A DNA stretch of 39,960 bases from an uncultured Candidatus Saccharibacteria bacterium (GCA_964524475.1 CAZGCO010000003.1:6922-46881), one strand, 5' to 3'. Counted from the stretch's first letter, positions 1-8,025 are shown. The notes: generated from the sequence alone by a model not told the origin. A program made the numbers and translations.

Positions 1-1
1 C

Positions 2-1264
2 CCATATTTACCTGTGGAGCATGGTGATATTGATGAGTTTTTAAATATTGGTAAAGAAGGCCACCCAATTCAGGAATCAACCTATGCAGTAACCGTTACT
101 GATAAATGGCTACAGGATATGGTAGCTGGAGATCAAGAAAAACGCAGAATATGGGCAAAAGTAATACAACGTCGTACAGAAATTGGTTATCCATATATAT
201 TTTTTACCGATACGGTAAATAACAATACGGTTGATGTATACAAAGATAAACAAATGAAAATACACGGAAGTAATCTATGTTCTGAAATCGCATTACCGAC
301 CAGTGATGAAATATCTTTTGTATGTTGTCTGTCATCACTAAATCTGCGTCATTACCATGAATGGAAAGACACCGACGCAGTAGAAACATTGGTTATGTTT
401 TTGGATACAGTTATCTCAAGTTTCCTTGAGCGACTTGAGGCACTCCGTGATCACGAAGATCCTAAAAAACATTCAGCATTTTATTTTATGCAGCGAGCAT
501 ATAAATTTGCACGTGAACACAGAGCACTTGGTATGGGAGTTTTGGGATGGCATACATTTTTACAAGAAAATAATATCGCTATGGAGGACAAGGAGGCTTA
601 TGATTTAAATAAAGAAATATTTAAACTCATCCATGATAGAGCCTACGCTGCATCAGCGCAATTAGCTATAGATTATGGTGAGCCAGAAATTCTCAAGGGA
701 TATGGTCGCCGCAATACTACATTACTTGCTATTGCACCAACTACTTCATCGGCGTTTATTTTGGGGCAAGTTTCACAAGGCATTGAACCATTTATGTCAA
801 ACTGTTTTGTAAAAGACGTAGACAAGATAAAAGTAACGATTAAAAACCCAACCTTGGAAAAACTCCTCGATGAAAAAGGTCAAAATAATTCAGAAACATG
901 GACCAGTATCCGTGATCATGACGGATCAGTCCAGCACCTGGATTTTCTGACAAGTCATGAAAAATCTGTATTCCATACATTTAGTGAAATAGATCAGCGA
1001 GTAATTATTGAACAGGCTGCCGAACGTCAAGAGTTTATCGATCAGGCGCAATCACTAAACCTTATGATTGATCCAAGTATCGCCACCAAAGACCTTAATG
1101 CATTATATCTCTATGCATGGGAAAAAGGTGTGAAGACACTCTATTACCAACATAGTATGAACGCAGCACAACAGTTCGGACGCAAAAAATTACAAGAAAA
1201 AGAAACATCAAAACCAAAAGTATTGGTTGCTGACGATGGAATCTGTATAAACTGTGAAGGATAA
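2..1264 (+). CDS. Ribonucleoside-diphosphate reductase alpha subunit (class I), 3' partial; 5' end lies outside the window
   Basis: The frame is open to the window edge. The translation has the NLCSEIALP active-site Cys loop, a KTLYYQ tyrosine pair and a C-terminal CxxC tail (CINCEG), all typical of class I large subunits. Confidence 0.85.
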   Translation, partial: PYLPVEHGDIDEFLNIGKEGHPIQESTYAVTVTDKWLQDMVAGDQEKRRIWAKVIQRRTEIGYPYIFFTDTVNNNTVDVYKDKQMKIHGSNLCSEIALPTSDEISFVCCLSSLNLRHYHEWKDTDAVETLVMFLDTVISSFLERLEALRDHEDPKKHSAFYFMQRAYKFAREHRALGMGVLGWHTFLQENNIAMEDKEAYDLNKEIFKLIHDRAYAASAQLAIDYGEPEILKGYGRRNTTLLAIAPTTSSAFILGQVSQGIEPFMSNCFVKDVDKIKVTIKNPTLEKLLDEKGQNNSETWTSIRDHDGSVQHLDFLTSHEKSVFHTFSEIDQRVIIEQAAERQEFIDQAQSLNLMIDPSIATKDLNALYLYAWEKGVKTLYYQHSMNAAQQFGRKKLQEKETSKPKVLVADDGICINCEG

Positions 1265-1278
1265 ATTATTATAAAAAA

Positions 1279-1306
1279 AGCCTGCAAGAGTTGCAGGCTT
1301 TTTTTA
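1279..1306. terminator. Bidirectional intrinsic terminator between convergent genes
   Basis: agcctgcaa-gag-ttgcaggct hairpin flanked by an A-run and a T-run. Confidence 0.8.
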
Positions 1307-1311
1307 TAATA

Positions 1312-1671
1312 CTAATTTTTAAACGGTGAACCGTCACGAATTTTTAACATCTTAAATTCAGTTAATGTATTAAAGATAAAGGTTTCAATATCTTTTTTTC
1401 TATCCTCAAAAGCTTCAATTGGTTCAAGAGGATATCTTTCATAGACCTGAATTTCGAGTTTTAAGATCATTTCTATTAATACACCCGCCCAAACATGGCA
1501 AATCTTTTGAGTGTTGTAAAGAGAAATTGTGTAATTAATACCCTCTACCTGAGAGTAAATTTTATCGGAATGAATCGAAATACTATTAGTAATATAAAAG
1601 TATCCACTTTTTTTATTGAAAGGTACCCGTAAATTCATAATGTTACGATTTAATTTATTACAACGTATCAT
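1312..1671 (-). CDS. Hypothetical protein (119 aa; possible internal start at 1638)
   Basis: Intact ORF bounded by a terminator at its 3' end. I recognise no motif. Confidence 0.5.
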   Translation of the reverse strand: MIRCNKLNRNIMNLRVPFNKKSGYFYITNSISIHSDKIYSQVEGINYTISLYNTQKICHVWAGVLIEMILKLEIQVYERYPLEPIEAFEDRKKDIETFIFNTLTEFKMLKIRDGSPFKN

Positions 1672-1720
1672 ATTAATATAGTATTGTCAAATACTTTTTT
1701 ATATAGTATATTTATTTTGG

Positions 1721-2038
1721 TTCATCTATAGACGCGGGATAGGTAACTATTCTGAGGAAAGTCCGAACACATCCTGGTTTACTCCAGATAGGTAGTGGGT
1801 AATACCCACGACAGGTAACTGTACAGGTGCGAGCAGAGACGTCAACGTCGAAAGACTAGATATCCCATGTGGATGAGCTATATGGCAACATATAGGTGAA
1901 ACGGCTAAATCCTTACCCGTGTGCAAGACCGTGCCTAAAGAGAAATCTAAGGGAGAGTCGCTACAGGTACCTGGTAACAGGTATCGCAGATAAATGTCTA
2001 TACGTATTTATACGCACAGAATTCGGCTTATGATGAAG
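1721..2038 (+). ncRNA. rnpB: RNase P RNA, bacterial type A, compact (~318 nt)
   Basis: GAGGAAAGTCCG (1754-1765) and ACAGAATTCGGCTTA (2017-2031) match the conserved P4 strands. GGTGAAACGG and GCAAGACC elements lie in between. The 5' ttcatc pairs with the 3' gatgaa (P1). The region is non-coding and G+C-enriched. Confidence 0.9.
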
Positions 2039-2042
2039 CAAT

Positions 2043-2076
2043 AAAAATCCCGAAAGGGATTTTTATTTATTTTTTT
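2043..2076 (+). terminator. Intrinsic terminator after rnpB
   Basis: aaaaatccc-gaaa-gggattttt hairpin followed by a T-rich tract. Confidence 0.8.
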
Positions 2077-2078
2077 AA

Positions 2079-2107
2079 TTGACTTTTCTTGTACATAACG
2101 CTATGCT
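2079..2107 (+). promoter_or_regulatory. Sigma70-like promoter (TTGACT-17-TATGCT)
   Basis: ttgact at 2079-2084, a 17-nt spacer, then tatgct at 2102-2107, directly upstream of the structured region. Confidence 0.4.
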
Positions 2108-2110
2108 TGT

Positions 2111-2234
2111 AGGTAATGCAGTACGTCGTATTGGTCGGCGACTGCACTCACATAGAACGTTTGTTTGGAGCTCGCACCCGCCGACCAATACGGCGTGTTG
2201 AAAAAGAAAAATCCCTTACGGGATTTTTCTTTTA
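2111..2234 (+). ncRNA. Candidate orphan small structured RNA of unknown family (strand tentative)
   Basis: 2121-2140 pairs with 2179-2198, giving about 20 bp with a perfect 14-bp core (cgtattggtcggcg/cgccgaccaatacg). The loop is 38 nt. The segment is G+C-rich in an AT-rich spacer, has a promoter-like element upstream and its own terminator (aaaaatccc-ttac-gggattttt, 2207-2228). There is no downstream gene on this strand. Confidence 0.4.
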
Positions 2235-2257
2235 TAAATAAATATATTAATTTAATT

Positions 2258-2524
2258 TTATAAAAAGTTAATAATTGCACGAACCAATGGAGATAATGGT
2301 TTTTTTATTGAATAATATACTGATACACCCTGACGCTCTGTATGTAATATTCCACTAGATTCTAATATCTGCAAATGTTTTGATGTTGTTTTAATTGATA
2401 TATTAGTAACTTCGGATATTTTTGTAACCGTTGCATATTTCATTGTCTTTAAATATTTTACGATCTGTAACCTACCAATATGAGCGAGAGATTTATAAAT
2501 TTTTTCTTGAATAGTTATTTTCAT
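2258..2524 (-). CDS. ArsR/SmtB-family winged-helix transcriptional regulator (88 aa)
   Basis: Translation has LAHIGRLQIVKYL...TVTKISEVTNISIKTTSKHLQILESSGIL, an HTH and wing pattern typical of ArsR-like repressors. Confidence 0.7.
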   Translation of the reverse strand: MKITIQEKIYKSLAHIGRLQIVKYLKTMKYATVTKISEVTNISIKTTSKHLQILESSGILHTERQGVSVYYSIKKPLSPLVRAIINFL

Positions 2525-2552
2525 ATTCTTATATTCGCACGAAATAGAGAAT
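2524..2552. promoter_or_regulatory. Interrupted palindrome ATTCT-N4-TTCG-CA-CGAA-N4-AGAAT abutting the ArsR-like start codon (candidate autoregulatory operator)
   Basis: Read directly from the sequence. The outer 5-mers and inner 4-mers are complementary. Confidence 0.3.
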
Positions 2553-2602
2553 AATGCAACAAAAGTTTTCCACAGTTTTATTTTTTTATAAATATAAAAT
2601 AC

Positions 2603-2631
2603 TTGTACAAAAATAAAAAAAGTTTGATAAT
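2603..2631 (+). promoter_or_regulatory. Sigma70-like promoter (TTGTAC-17-GATAAT)
   Basis: The hexamers are spaced 17 nt apart, about 110 nt upstream of the small Lys-rich ORF. Confidence 0.35.
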
Positions 2632-2744
2632 AGTATCAAGAGATGAAACAGTTTCCCTGTAATCGCACGAGACCTCGCGTGAACATGGGATTGGTCGAAT
2701 CATCTTGGTTATGATTATCATCAAACTTATTTTATCTCAATTAT

Positions 2745-2897
2745 ATGGCAATGAAAAAAGTAGCGAAAAAAGCAGCAAAGAAAGTTGCTAAAAAAGTTGT
2801 TAAAAAAGTAGCTAAAAAGGTAGCTAAAAAAGCTGTTAAAAAAGTAGCGAAAAAAGCTGTTAAAAAAACAGCAAAGAAAGTTGTTCGTCGTAAATAA
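2745..2897 (+). CDS. Lys/Ala-repeat basic protein, histone H1-like / nucleoid-associated-like (50 aa); not in the supplied ORF track
   Basis: ATG at 2745 to TAA at 2895-2897. Translation is MAMKKVAKKAAKKVAKKVVKKVAKKVAKKAVKKVAKKAVKKTAKKVVRRK. A strong terminator follows. Confidence 0.6.
   Translation: MAMKKVAKKAAKKVAKKVVKKVAKKVAKKAVKKVAKKAVKKTAKKVVRRK
2754..2885 (+). repeat. About 11 tandem copies of a degenerate 12-nt unit (aaa aaa gtN gcN) encoding KKxA
   Basis: Visible periodicity in the nucleotide sequence inside the small ORF. Confidence 0.7.
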
Positions 2898-2905
2898 TGA
2901 CGCAC

Positions 2906-2940
2906 AAAAAACCGGAACCTAGGTTCCGGTTTTTTGTTTT
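2906..2940 (+). terminator. Intrinsic terminator
   Basis: Perfect 22-nt palindrome aaccggaacctaggttccggtt followed by a T-run. Confidence 0.85.
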
Positions 2941-2963
2941 TTATGCTATACTCTCGTTATTCT

Positions 2964-5444
2964 ATGAAACAATTTCTCACAAAAATATTCGGAGACGAAT
3001 CTAGTCGATATATTAAATCATTGGCACCCATAGTAACTATAGTAAACAATCTCGAACCAGAAATTGTTCTTTTATCAGATACTGATTTTCCCAAAGAAAC
3101 ACAGAAACTCCGTGATCGTTATACCGCAGGTGAAACACTGGAACAGCTATTACCCAGGGCTTTTGCTTTGGCCCGTGAAGCAGGAAAACGAACCCTGAAC
3201 GAACGTCATTATGATGTACAAATCATTGGGGGAATTACACTTCATCATGGTAAAATCGCCGAAATGCGCACAGGAGAAGGAAAAACACTGGTAGCAACAT
3301 TACCAGCGTATCTTAATGCAATTACTGGCAATAGTGTACATATCGTTACTGTGAATGATTATCTTGCACGACGTGACGGGGAACTAATGGGTCAAGTATA
3401 TCGTTTCTTGGGACTATCTGTTGGTATTATCAATGATGGAAAATCATTTATCTATAACCCCGACCGTGAAATCCCTGCGGATATCGATGAAATGGAAGCT
3501 TTCAAAGTTTTTCCAGAATTTTTAGAAACCGTAGATAAAAAAACTGCATATGCATGCGACGTAGTATACGGAACAAACACACAGTTTGGTTTTGATTATT
3601 TGCGTGACAATATGCAGAATAGTTTAGATGGCATGGTTCAAGGAGGACATTTTTTTGCTATTGTTGATGAGGTTGATTCCGTATTAATTGACGAAGCCCG
3701 TGTACCGCTCATCATGTCTACACCGGGAAATACAGCAGAAGATCTCTATAAAACATTTGCAGATATTGCCCGAACAATGCATCGTGACACTGATTATACA
3801 GTAGATGAAAAACAAAAAGCAATTTCACTGACTGAAGCAGGTATTACTCGTGCAGAACAACTGTTAAACGTAGATAATCTCTACACCAGTGAAAACATAA
3901 AACTCATCCATCATTTAGAAACAGCACTACGCGCAGAGGCATTATTCACTATAAACAATGAATATCTGGTTCGTGGAGGGGAAGTATTAATTGTAGACCA
4001 ATTCACTGGACGTGTACTGGATGGTCGCAGATATCAAGATGGATTACATCAAGCATTAGAAGCTAAAGAAGGAGTCACTATAAAACAAGAATCTCGTACT
4101 GCAGCATCAGTAACTTATCAAAACTATTTCAAATTATATAAAAAATTAGCTGGTATGACAGGAACAGGAAAAACATCAGCAGAAGAATTTTTCAAAGTAT
4201 ATAATCTCGAAGTAGTAGAAATCCCAACATATAGACCTGTTGCACGTATGGACCACAATGACCTCATTTATCAAACACGCGATGGGAAATACCGTGCACT
4301 TGCAAAACATGTTCGTAAATTATACGACAAGGGTCAGCCAGTACTGGTCGGTACTGTTTCTATTGAAAATAATGAAGTTATTTCAAGCTATCTAAAAAAT
4401 GAAGGTATTCCACATGAAGTATTGAATGCAAAAAATCATGATCGTGAAGCAGAAATAATCGCCCAGGCAGGTCGCGCAAAATCTGTAGTTGTTGCAACCA
4501 ACATGGCAGGACGTGGGGTAGATATAAAACTAGGAGGTATTCCTTTTGATAAAGATGCCTATGAAGATATTAAATCTCGTGGGGGATTATTTGTTATCGG
4601 TACTGAACGTCACGAAGCTCGTCGTATTGATAACCAACTCCGTGGACGTTCAGGACGACAAGGAGATCCGGGAGAAACACAGTTTTACGTATCACTCGAA
4701 GACGACCTGGTTCGTGTATTCGGAGGCGATAAAGTAAAAGGTATGATAGGAAAACTTGGTATACCTGCAGATGAAGCTATTCAACACGGTTTTATCAGTA
4801 AACAACTGGAAGGAGCACAGATGAAAATAGAAGGATTTCATTTTGATTCTCGTAAAGACACCCTGGCTTATGATGATGTATTAGCTACTCAACGTAATTC
4901 TATCTATGAACGTCGTTATAAAATACTGTCCGAAGACCCAGAGTATGTTACAAACACTAAAACAACAATAATCGAATCACTGTCCCCGGAACAATTAGCG
5001 AAATTTGAAACAATACAAACTGAACTGGGTGAAAAATTTACTCATGTTTTCTGTCAGGTATTATTATCTGTCATTGATCAGTTATGGATGGATCATTTGG
5101 AAATGATGGAACACGCACGCTCATCAGTGAACCTACGTTCGTACGGACAACGTGAACCGTTAGTAGAATATAAACGTGAAGGACTTCATATGTTCCGAGA
5201 ATTAGAATCAAACCTATTGCGTCAAACAGCGAACATTATCATGTCGCTTAATACCGCGCAAATGAACGAAAATGCCCCTATAAGCGAATTAAAACCTGTT
5301 ACGGTATCAATTCCTACTACCAATACACAAGGCACAAAATACGGCCAAAATGACCGTATTATCATAACAAAAAATGGTGAAATCCAAGAAGTAAAATACA
5401 AGAAACTTGATCAATATTTAATAGATGGATGGACCATTAAATAA
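2964..5444 (+). CDS. secA: Preprotein translocase ATPase SecA (826 aa)
   Basis: Motifs MRTGEGKTL (Walker A), VTVNDYLARRD, DEVDSVLIDEARVPLI, TNMAGRGVDIKLGG and RIDNQLRGRSGRQGDPG. The start is placed at MKQFLTKIFG because the longer track ORF begins inside the upstream terminator. Confidence 0.95.
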   Translation: MKQFLTKIFGDESSRYIKSLAPIVTIVNNLEPEIVLLSDTDFPKETQKLRDRYTAGETLEQLLPRAFALAREAGKRTLNERHYDVQIIGGITLHHGKIAEMRTGEGKTLVATLPAYLNAITGNSVHIVTVNDYLARRDGELMGQVYRFLGLSVGIINDGKSFIYNPDREIPADIDEMEAFKVFPEFLETVDKKTAYACDVVYGTNTQFGFDYLRDNMQNSLDGMVQGGHFFAIVDEVDSVLIDEARVPLIMSTPGNTAEDLYKTFADIARTMHRDTDYTVDEKQKAISLTEAGITRAEQLLNVDNLYTSENIKLIHHLETALRAEALFTINNEYLVRGGEVLIVDQFTGRVLDGRRYQDGLHQALEAKEGVTIKQESRTAASVTYQNYFKLYKKLAGMTGTGKTSAEEFFKVYNLEVVEIPTYRPVARMDHNDLIYQTRDGKYRALAKHVRKLYDKGQPVLVGTVSIENNEVISSYLKNEGIPHEVLNAKNHDREAEIIAQAGRAKSVVVATNMAGRGVDIKLGGIPFDKDAYEDIKSRGGLFVIGTERHEARRIDNQLRGRSGRQGDPGETQFYVSLEDDLVRVFGGDKVKGMIGKLGIPADEAIQHGFISKQLEGAQMKIEGFHFDSRKDTLAYDDVLATQRNSIYERRYKILSEDPEYVTNTKTTIIESLSPEQLAKFETIQTELGEKFTHVFCQVLLSVIDQLWMDHLEMMEHARSSVNLRSYGQREPLVEYKREGLHMFRELESNLLRQTANIIMSLNTAQMNENAPISELKPVTVSIPTTNTQGTKYGQNDRIIITKNGEIQEVKYKKLDQYLIDGWTIK

Positions 5445-5445
5445 C

Positions 5446-5478
5446 AAATTAAAACCGCCAATAAGGCGGTTTTAATTT
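5446..5478 (+). terminator. Intrinsic terminator after secA
   Basis: aaattaaaaccgcc-aataa-ggcggttttaattt hairpin. Confidence 0.8.
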
Positions 5479-5506
5479 GTTAAAAAATATGCTAGCATGT
5501 TTCTAT

Positions 5507-6838
5507 ATGACAAACAGAACAATGATAGAAGATTTAGTAAATCATACTGGTACTACTGTTACTATTAATGGCTGGGTATCGGTGAGACGAGACCAGGGTA
5601 AAATGGTATTTTTTGATTTTCGTGATCGCAGTGGAACCGTACAAGGTGTGGTATTACCAAACAGTCCTGCAATGGAAATTGCAAAACAATCAAACACAGA
5701 ATATGTAGTATCAGTAACAGGAAATGTAAATGCAAGGCCAGAAAAAAATATCCAAGCTGACAAACAAAACGGAAATATAGAACTAGAGGTTACCGGTATG
5801 GAGATTATTTCAACTAATACAGATTTACCATTTACGATGGACGCAGAAATAAATCTCGACACATTACTTGATTATCGTCCGTATACATTGAGACGTGAAC
5901 GAGAACAAGCTATTTTTAAAACACAATTTGTTATTTTGAATGCTTTTCGTGAATATTTAAATTCTCAAGGGTTTACTGAATTTCAAGCACCTCGTATCGT
6001 AGGAGGAGATGCCGAAGGAGGAGCAGGGGTATTTAAACTTGAATATTTATATAATCAACCAGCATATCTATCTACCAGTCCGCAACTCTACAAACAAATG
6101 ATGGCAGGAGTATATGAACGAGTATATACGACAGGACCACAATTCCGAGCAGAGAAACATGCAACATCACGGCACTTGAACGAAATGACTATGCTCGATT
6201 TTGAAATGGCGTTTATTAACGACCATACTGATGTGATGCACATGATTCAAAATACTTTGAAATATATGGTTCATTCAGTAGAAGAAAAAGCATCAACAGA
6301 AATAAACTATTTTGGTATGCAATTACCTAAAACACCTGATAGTTTTCCGGTGATGAAACTACTCGAAGCTCAAGAACTAATCAAGAAAGAAACAGGTAAA
6401 GACATTATTGGTGAACCGGATCTTGAACCAGAGGACGAACGATGGTTATGTGAATACGCTGCAACACATTTGAATAGTGATTTCGTATTCGTAACACATT
6501 ATCCAGTATCTAAACGACCGTTTTATACTATGGAGGATATGGCAGATGCAGGTATGACAAAAAGTTTCGATTTATTATTCCGTGGAGTAGAAATTGTTTC
6601 AGGTAGTCAGCGCGTACATAATTATGAAATGTTAGTAGAAAAAATAAAATCTAAAGGATTAGATCCTGAAAAATTCGATTTTTATCTCATGGCTTTCAAA
6701 TATGGTATTCCTCCGCACGGAGGTATCGGTATGGGACTTGAACGATTGACGCAAAAATTCCTTGGTATAGAAAACGTCAAAGAAGCAACATTGTTCCCAC
6801 GAGATATTAATCGTATCGATCAAAGATTGTCACAATAA
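5507..6838 (+). CDS. aspS: Aspartate--tRNA ligase, archaeal/type-2 form (443 aa)
   Basis: N-terminal OB fold (INGWVSVRRDQGKMVFFDFRDRSG), class II motif 2 FRAEKHATSRHLNEMTMLDFEMAF and motif 3 GGIGMGLERL. The size is about 440 aa. The start is chosen downstream of the secA terminator. Confidence 0.85.
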   Translation: MTNRTMIEDLVNHTGTTVTINGWVSVRRDQGKMVFFDFRDRSGTVQGVVLPNSPAMEIAKQSNTEYVVSVTGNVNARPEKNIQADKQNGNIELEVTGMEIISTNTDLPFTMDAEINLDTLLDYRPYTLRREREQAIFKTQFVILNAFREYLNSQGFTEFQAPRIVGGDAEGGAGVFKLEYLYNQPAYLSTSPQLYKQMMAGVYERVYTTGPQFRAEKHATSRHLNEMTMLDFEMAFINDHTDVMHMIQNTLKYMVHSVEEKASTEINYFGMQLPKTPDSFPVMKLLEAQELIKKETGKDIIGEPDLEPEDERWLCEYAATHLNSDFVFVTHYPVSKRPFYTMEDMADAGMTKSFDLLFRGVEIVSGSQRVHNYEMLVEKIKSKGLDPEKFDFYLMAFKYGIPPHGGIGMGLERLTQKFLGIENVKEATLFPRDINRIDQRLSQ

Positions 6839-6899
6839 ACCCTCTATATAGGGGTTTTTGTTTGGCAAAAAATAAAAAAAACATTATACTATAACAGAT

Positions 6900-7430
6900 A
6901 TGCCTGATACTATATCAAATCTACAATACGCACTACAGTATGGGGGACTGGGGCAGATTTTGAGTGGGATAAAAACTCTGATAACTATTTTATTTATTAT
7001 ATTATTTGCAACGGTTGTATATGTAAAATTACGTCTCATAGACCTTAAACGTGCCGATGAAGAAAAATATAAGAATCATTTTATTAAACCCGAAGATTTA
7101 CCAAAACTAACACCGGAACAAGAACGCTGGAATAAAATAGAAAAATTATTTGCATCTCCATCAGAATCTGATTGGCGTATTGCAATCATCGAAGCAGATA
7201 CCATGTTAGATGAATTTATATTTACCCTGGGATATCCAGGATCAAATCTGGGTGAACGTATGAAAAATATAAATAAACAATATTTTCCTGCATTAGATAT
7301 TGCTTGGGATGCTCACAAGATTCGTAACCGTATCGCCCACGAAGGCATGGAATTTCATCTTTCAGAACGTGACAAAGAAATTGCCCGCAAGAATTTCGAG
7401 TATGTATTCAGAGATGCAAAATTGATATAA
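6900..7430 (+). CDS. Single-pass membrane protein with a C-terminal helical domain carrying an R-x4-H (HEPN/DUF4145-like) motif
   Basis: A hydrophobic helix (LITILFIILFATVVYV) is followed by ...DIAWDAHKIRNRIAHEG. Confidence 0.5.
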   Translation: MPDTISNLQYALQYGGLGQILSGIKTLITILFIILFATVVYVKLRLIDLKRADEEKYKNHFIKPEDLPKLTPEQERWNKIEKLFASPSESDWRIAIIEADTMLDEFIFTLGYPGSNLGERMKNINKQYFPALDIAWDAHKIRNRIAHEGMEFHLSERDKEIARKNFEYVFRDAKLI

Positions 7431-7523
7431 AAAGCAAATATATTTGATTTTTATTATAAATATGATATAATATTCTTTTTCCTTTCATTTCCCATTTTAT
7501 CCAATCCAATCCCTTTTTATATT

Positions 7524-7832
7524 ATGCAAACACAAACACCAGCTCATATGAGCGGCCATTTTCATTTTACTAGTAAAGTAACCCTTGAAGAAATTACTAC
7601 TGTTGCACAAGAATTTGCTCAAGATGATAAATTTTTAAAATTATTTATCCAAGGAGCTGGTGATCAAGAATTTCGTCTTTGTTTTATTTACGATCCAAAA
7701 ATCAATGAAGAAAAAGTACCTTTTACTTTTGTAAATGAATTTCTTGACAATATGACCGACCTTTTAAGAAAGAAATTCGGTAACGGATTAAAAGGTTGGT
7801 CAGGATCAAACAGATATACTCTTATTAAATAA
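7524..7832 (+). CDS. Hypothetical protein (102 aa)
   Basis: Intact ORF with an AT-rich promoter-like region upstream and a terminator downstream. No motif recognised. Confidence 0.5.
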   Translation: MQTQTPAHMSGHFHFTSKVTLEEITTVAQEFAQDDKFLKLFIQGAGDQEFRLCFIYDPKINEEKVPFTFVNEFLDNMTDLLRKKFGNGLKGWSGSNRYTLIK

Positions 7833-7901
7833 ATTATTCACATAATATAAATACTGAATATTTGTCATATTAAGTATTTATAGGTTATGAATAGGAACAA
7901 C

Positions 7902-7931
7902 AAAAAATCTCCCAAAGGGAGATTTTTTGTT
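7902..7931. terminator. Bidirectional intrinsic terminator
   Basis: aaaaaatctccc-aaa-gggagatttttt hairpin. Confidence 0.85.
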
Positions 7932-7954
7932 TGGTGTAATAAATTACACCAGTG

Positions 7955-8025
7955 TTGCGGGGGCCCGACTCGAACGGGCGCCTTTGGGTTATGAGCCCAA
8001 CGAGCTACCTTTACTCAACCCCGCG
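7955..8025 (-). tRNA. Initiator tRNA-fMet (anticodon CAT), CCA not encoded
   Basis: The reverse complement folds as a cloverleaf. The acceptor stem CGCGGGG/CCCCGCA has a C1-A72 mismatch. The D stem is GAGT/GCTC. The anticodon stem TTGGG/CCCAA places three G-C pairs next to the loop CTCATAA. The T arm is GCCCG-TTCGAGT-CGGGC. Confidence 0.88.

Noticed and set aside
2121-2198. The long stem-loop as a retron msd, DGR template or integron attC-like element
   Set aside because: No reverse transcriptase or integrase gene is in the window, there are no flanking a1/a2-type repeats, and no RYYYAAC/GTTRRRY core sites are present.
2043-2228. Two near-identical elements (aaaaatccc-gaaa-gggattttt and aaaaatccc-ttac-gggattttt) that could suggest a repeat array or CRISPR-like structure
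   Set aside because: There are only two copies. Each is a self-complementary hairpin followed by a T-run, so they are ordinary intrinsic terminators. No CRISPR-like direct repeat array was seen anywhere in the window.
2116-2241. 41-codon ORF (MQYVVLVGDCTHIERLFGARTRRPIRRVEKEKSLTGFFFYK) inside the candidate sRNA
   Set aside because: It has no properly spaced ribosome-binding site. The ORF runs straight through both arms of the long stem and the terminator hairpin. The composition looks like translated structured RNA.
2934-2963. N-terminal extensions of several track ORFs (2934, 5477, 14424, 20873, 21613, 25197, 31079, 32296, 33808, 36623)
   Set aside because: The extensions run through upstream terminator hairpins or promoters, or overlap neighbouring genes. 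They add non-conserved residues before the recognisable family N-termini, so internal ATG starts were used.
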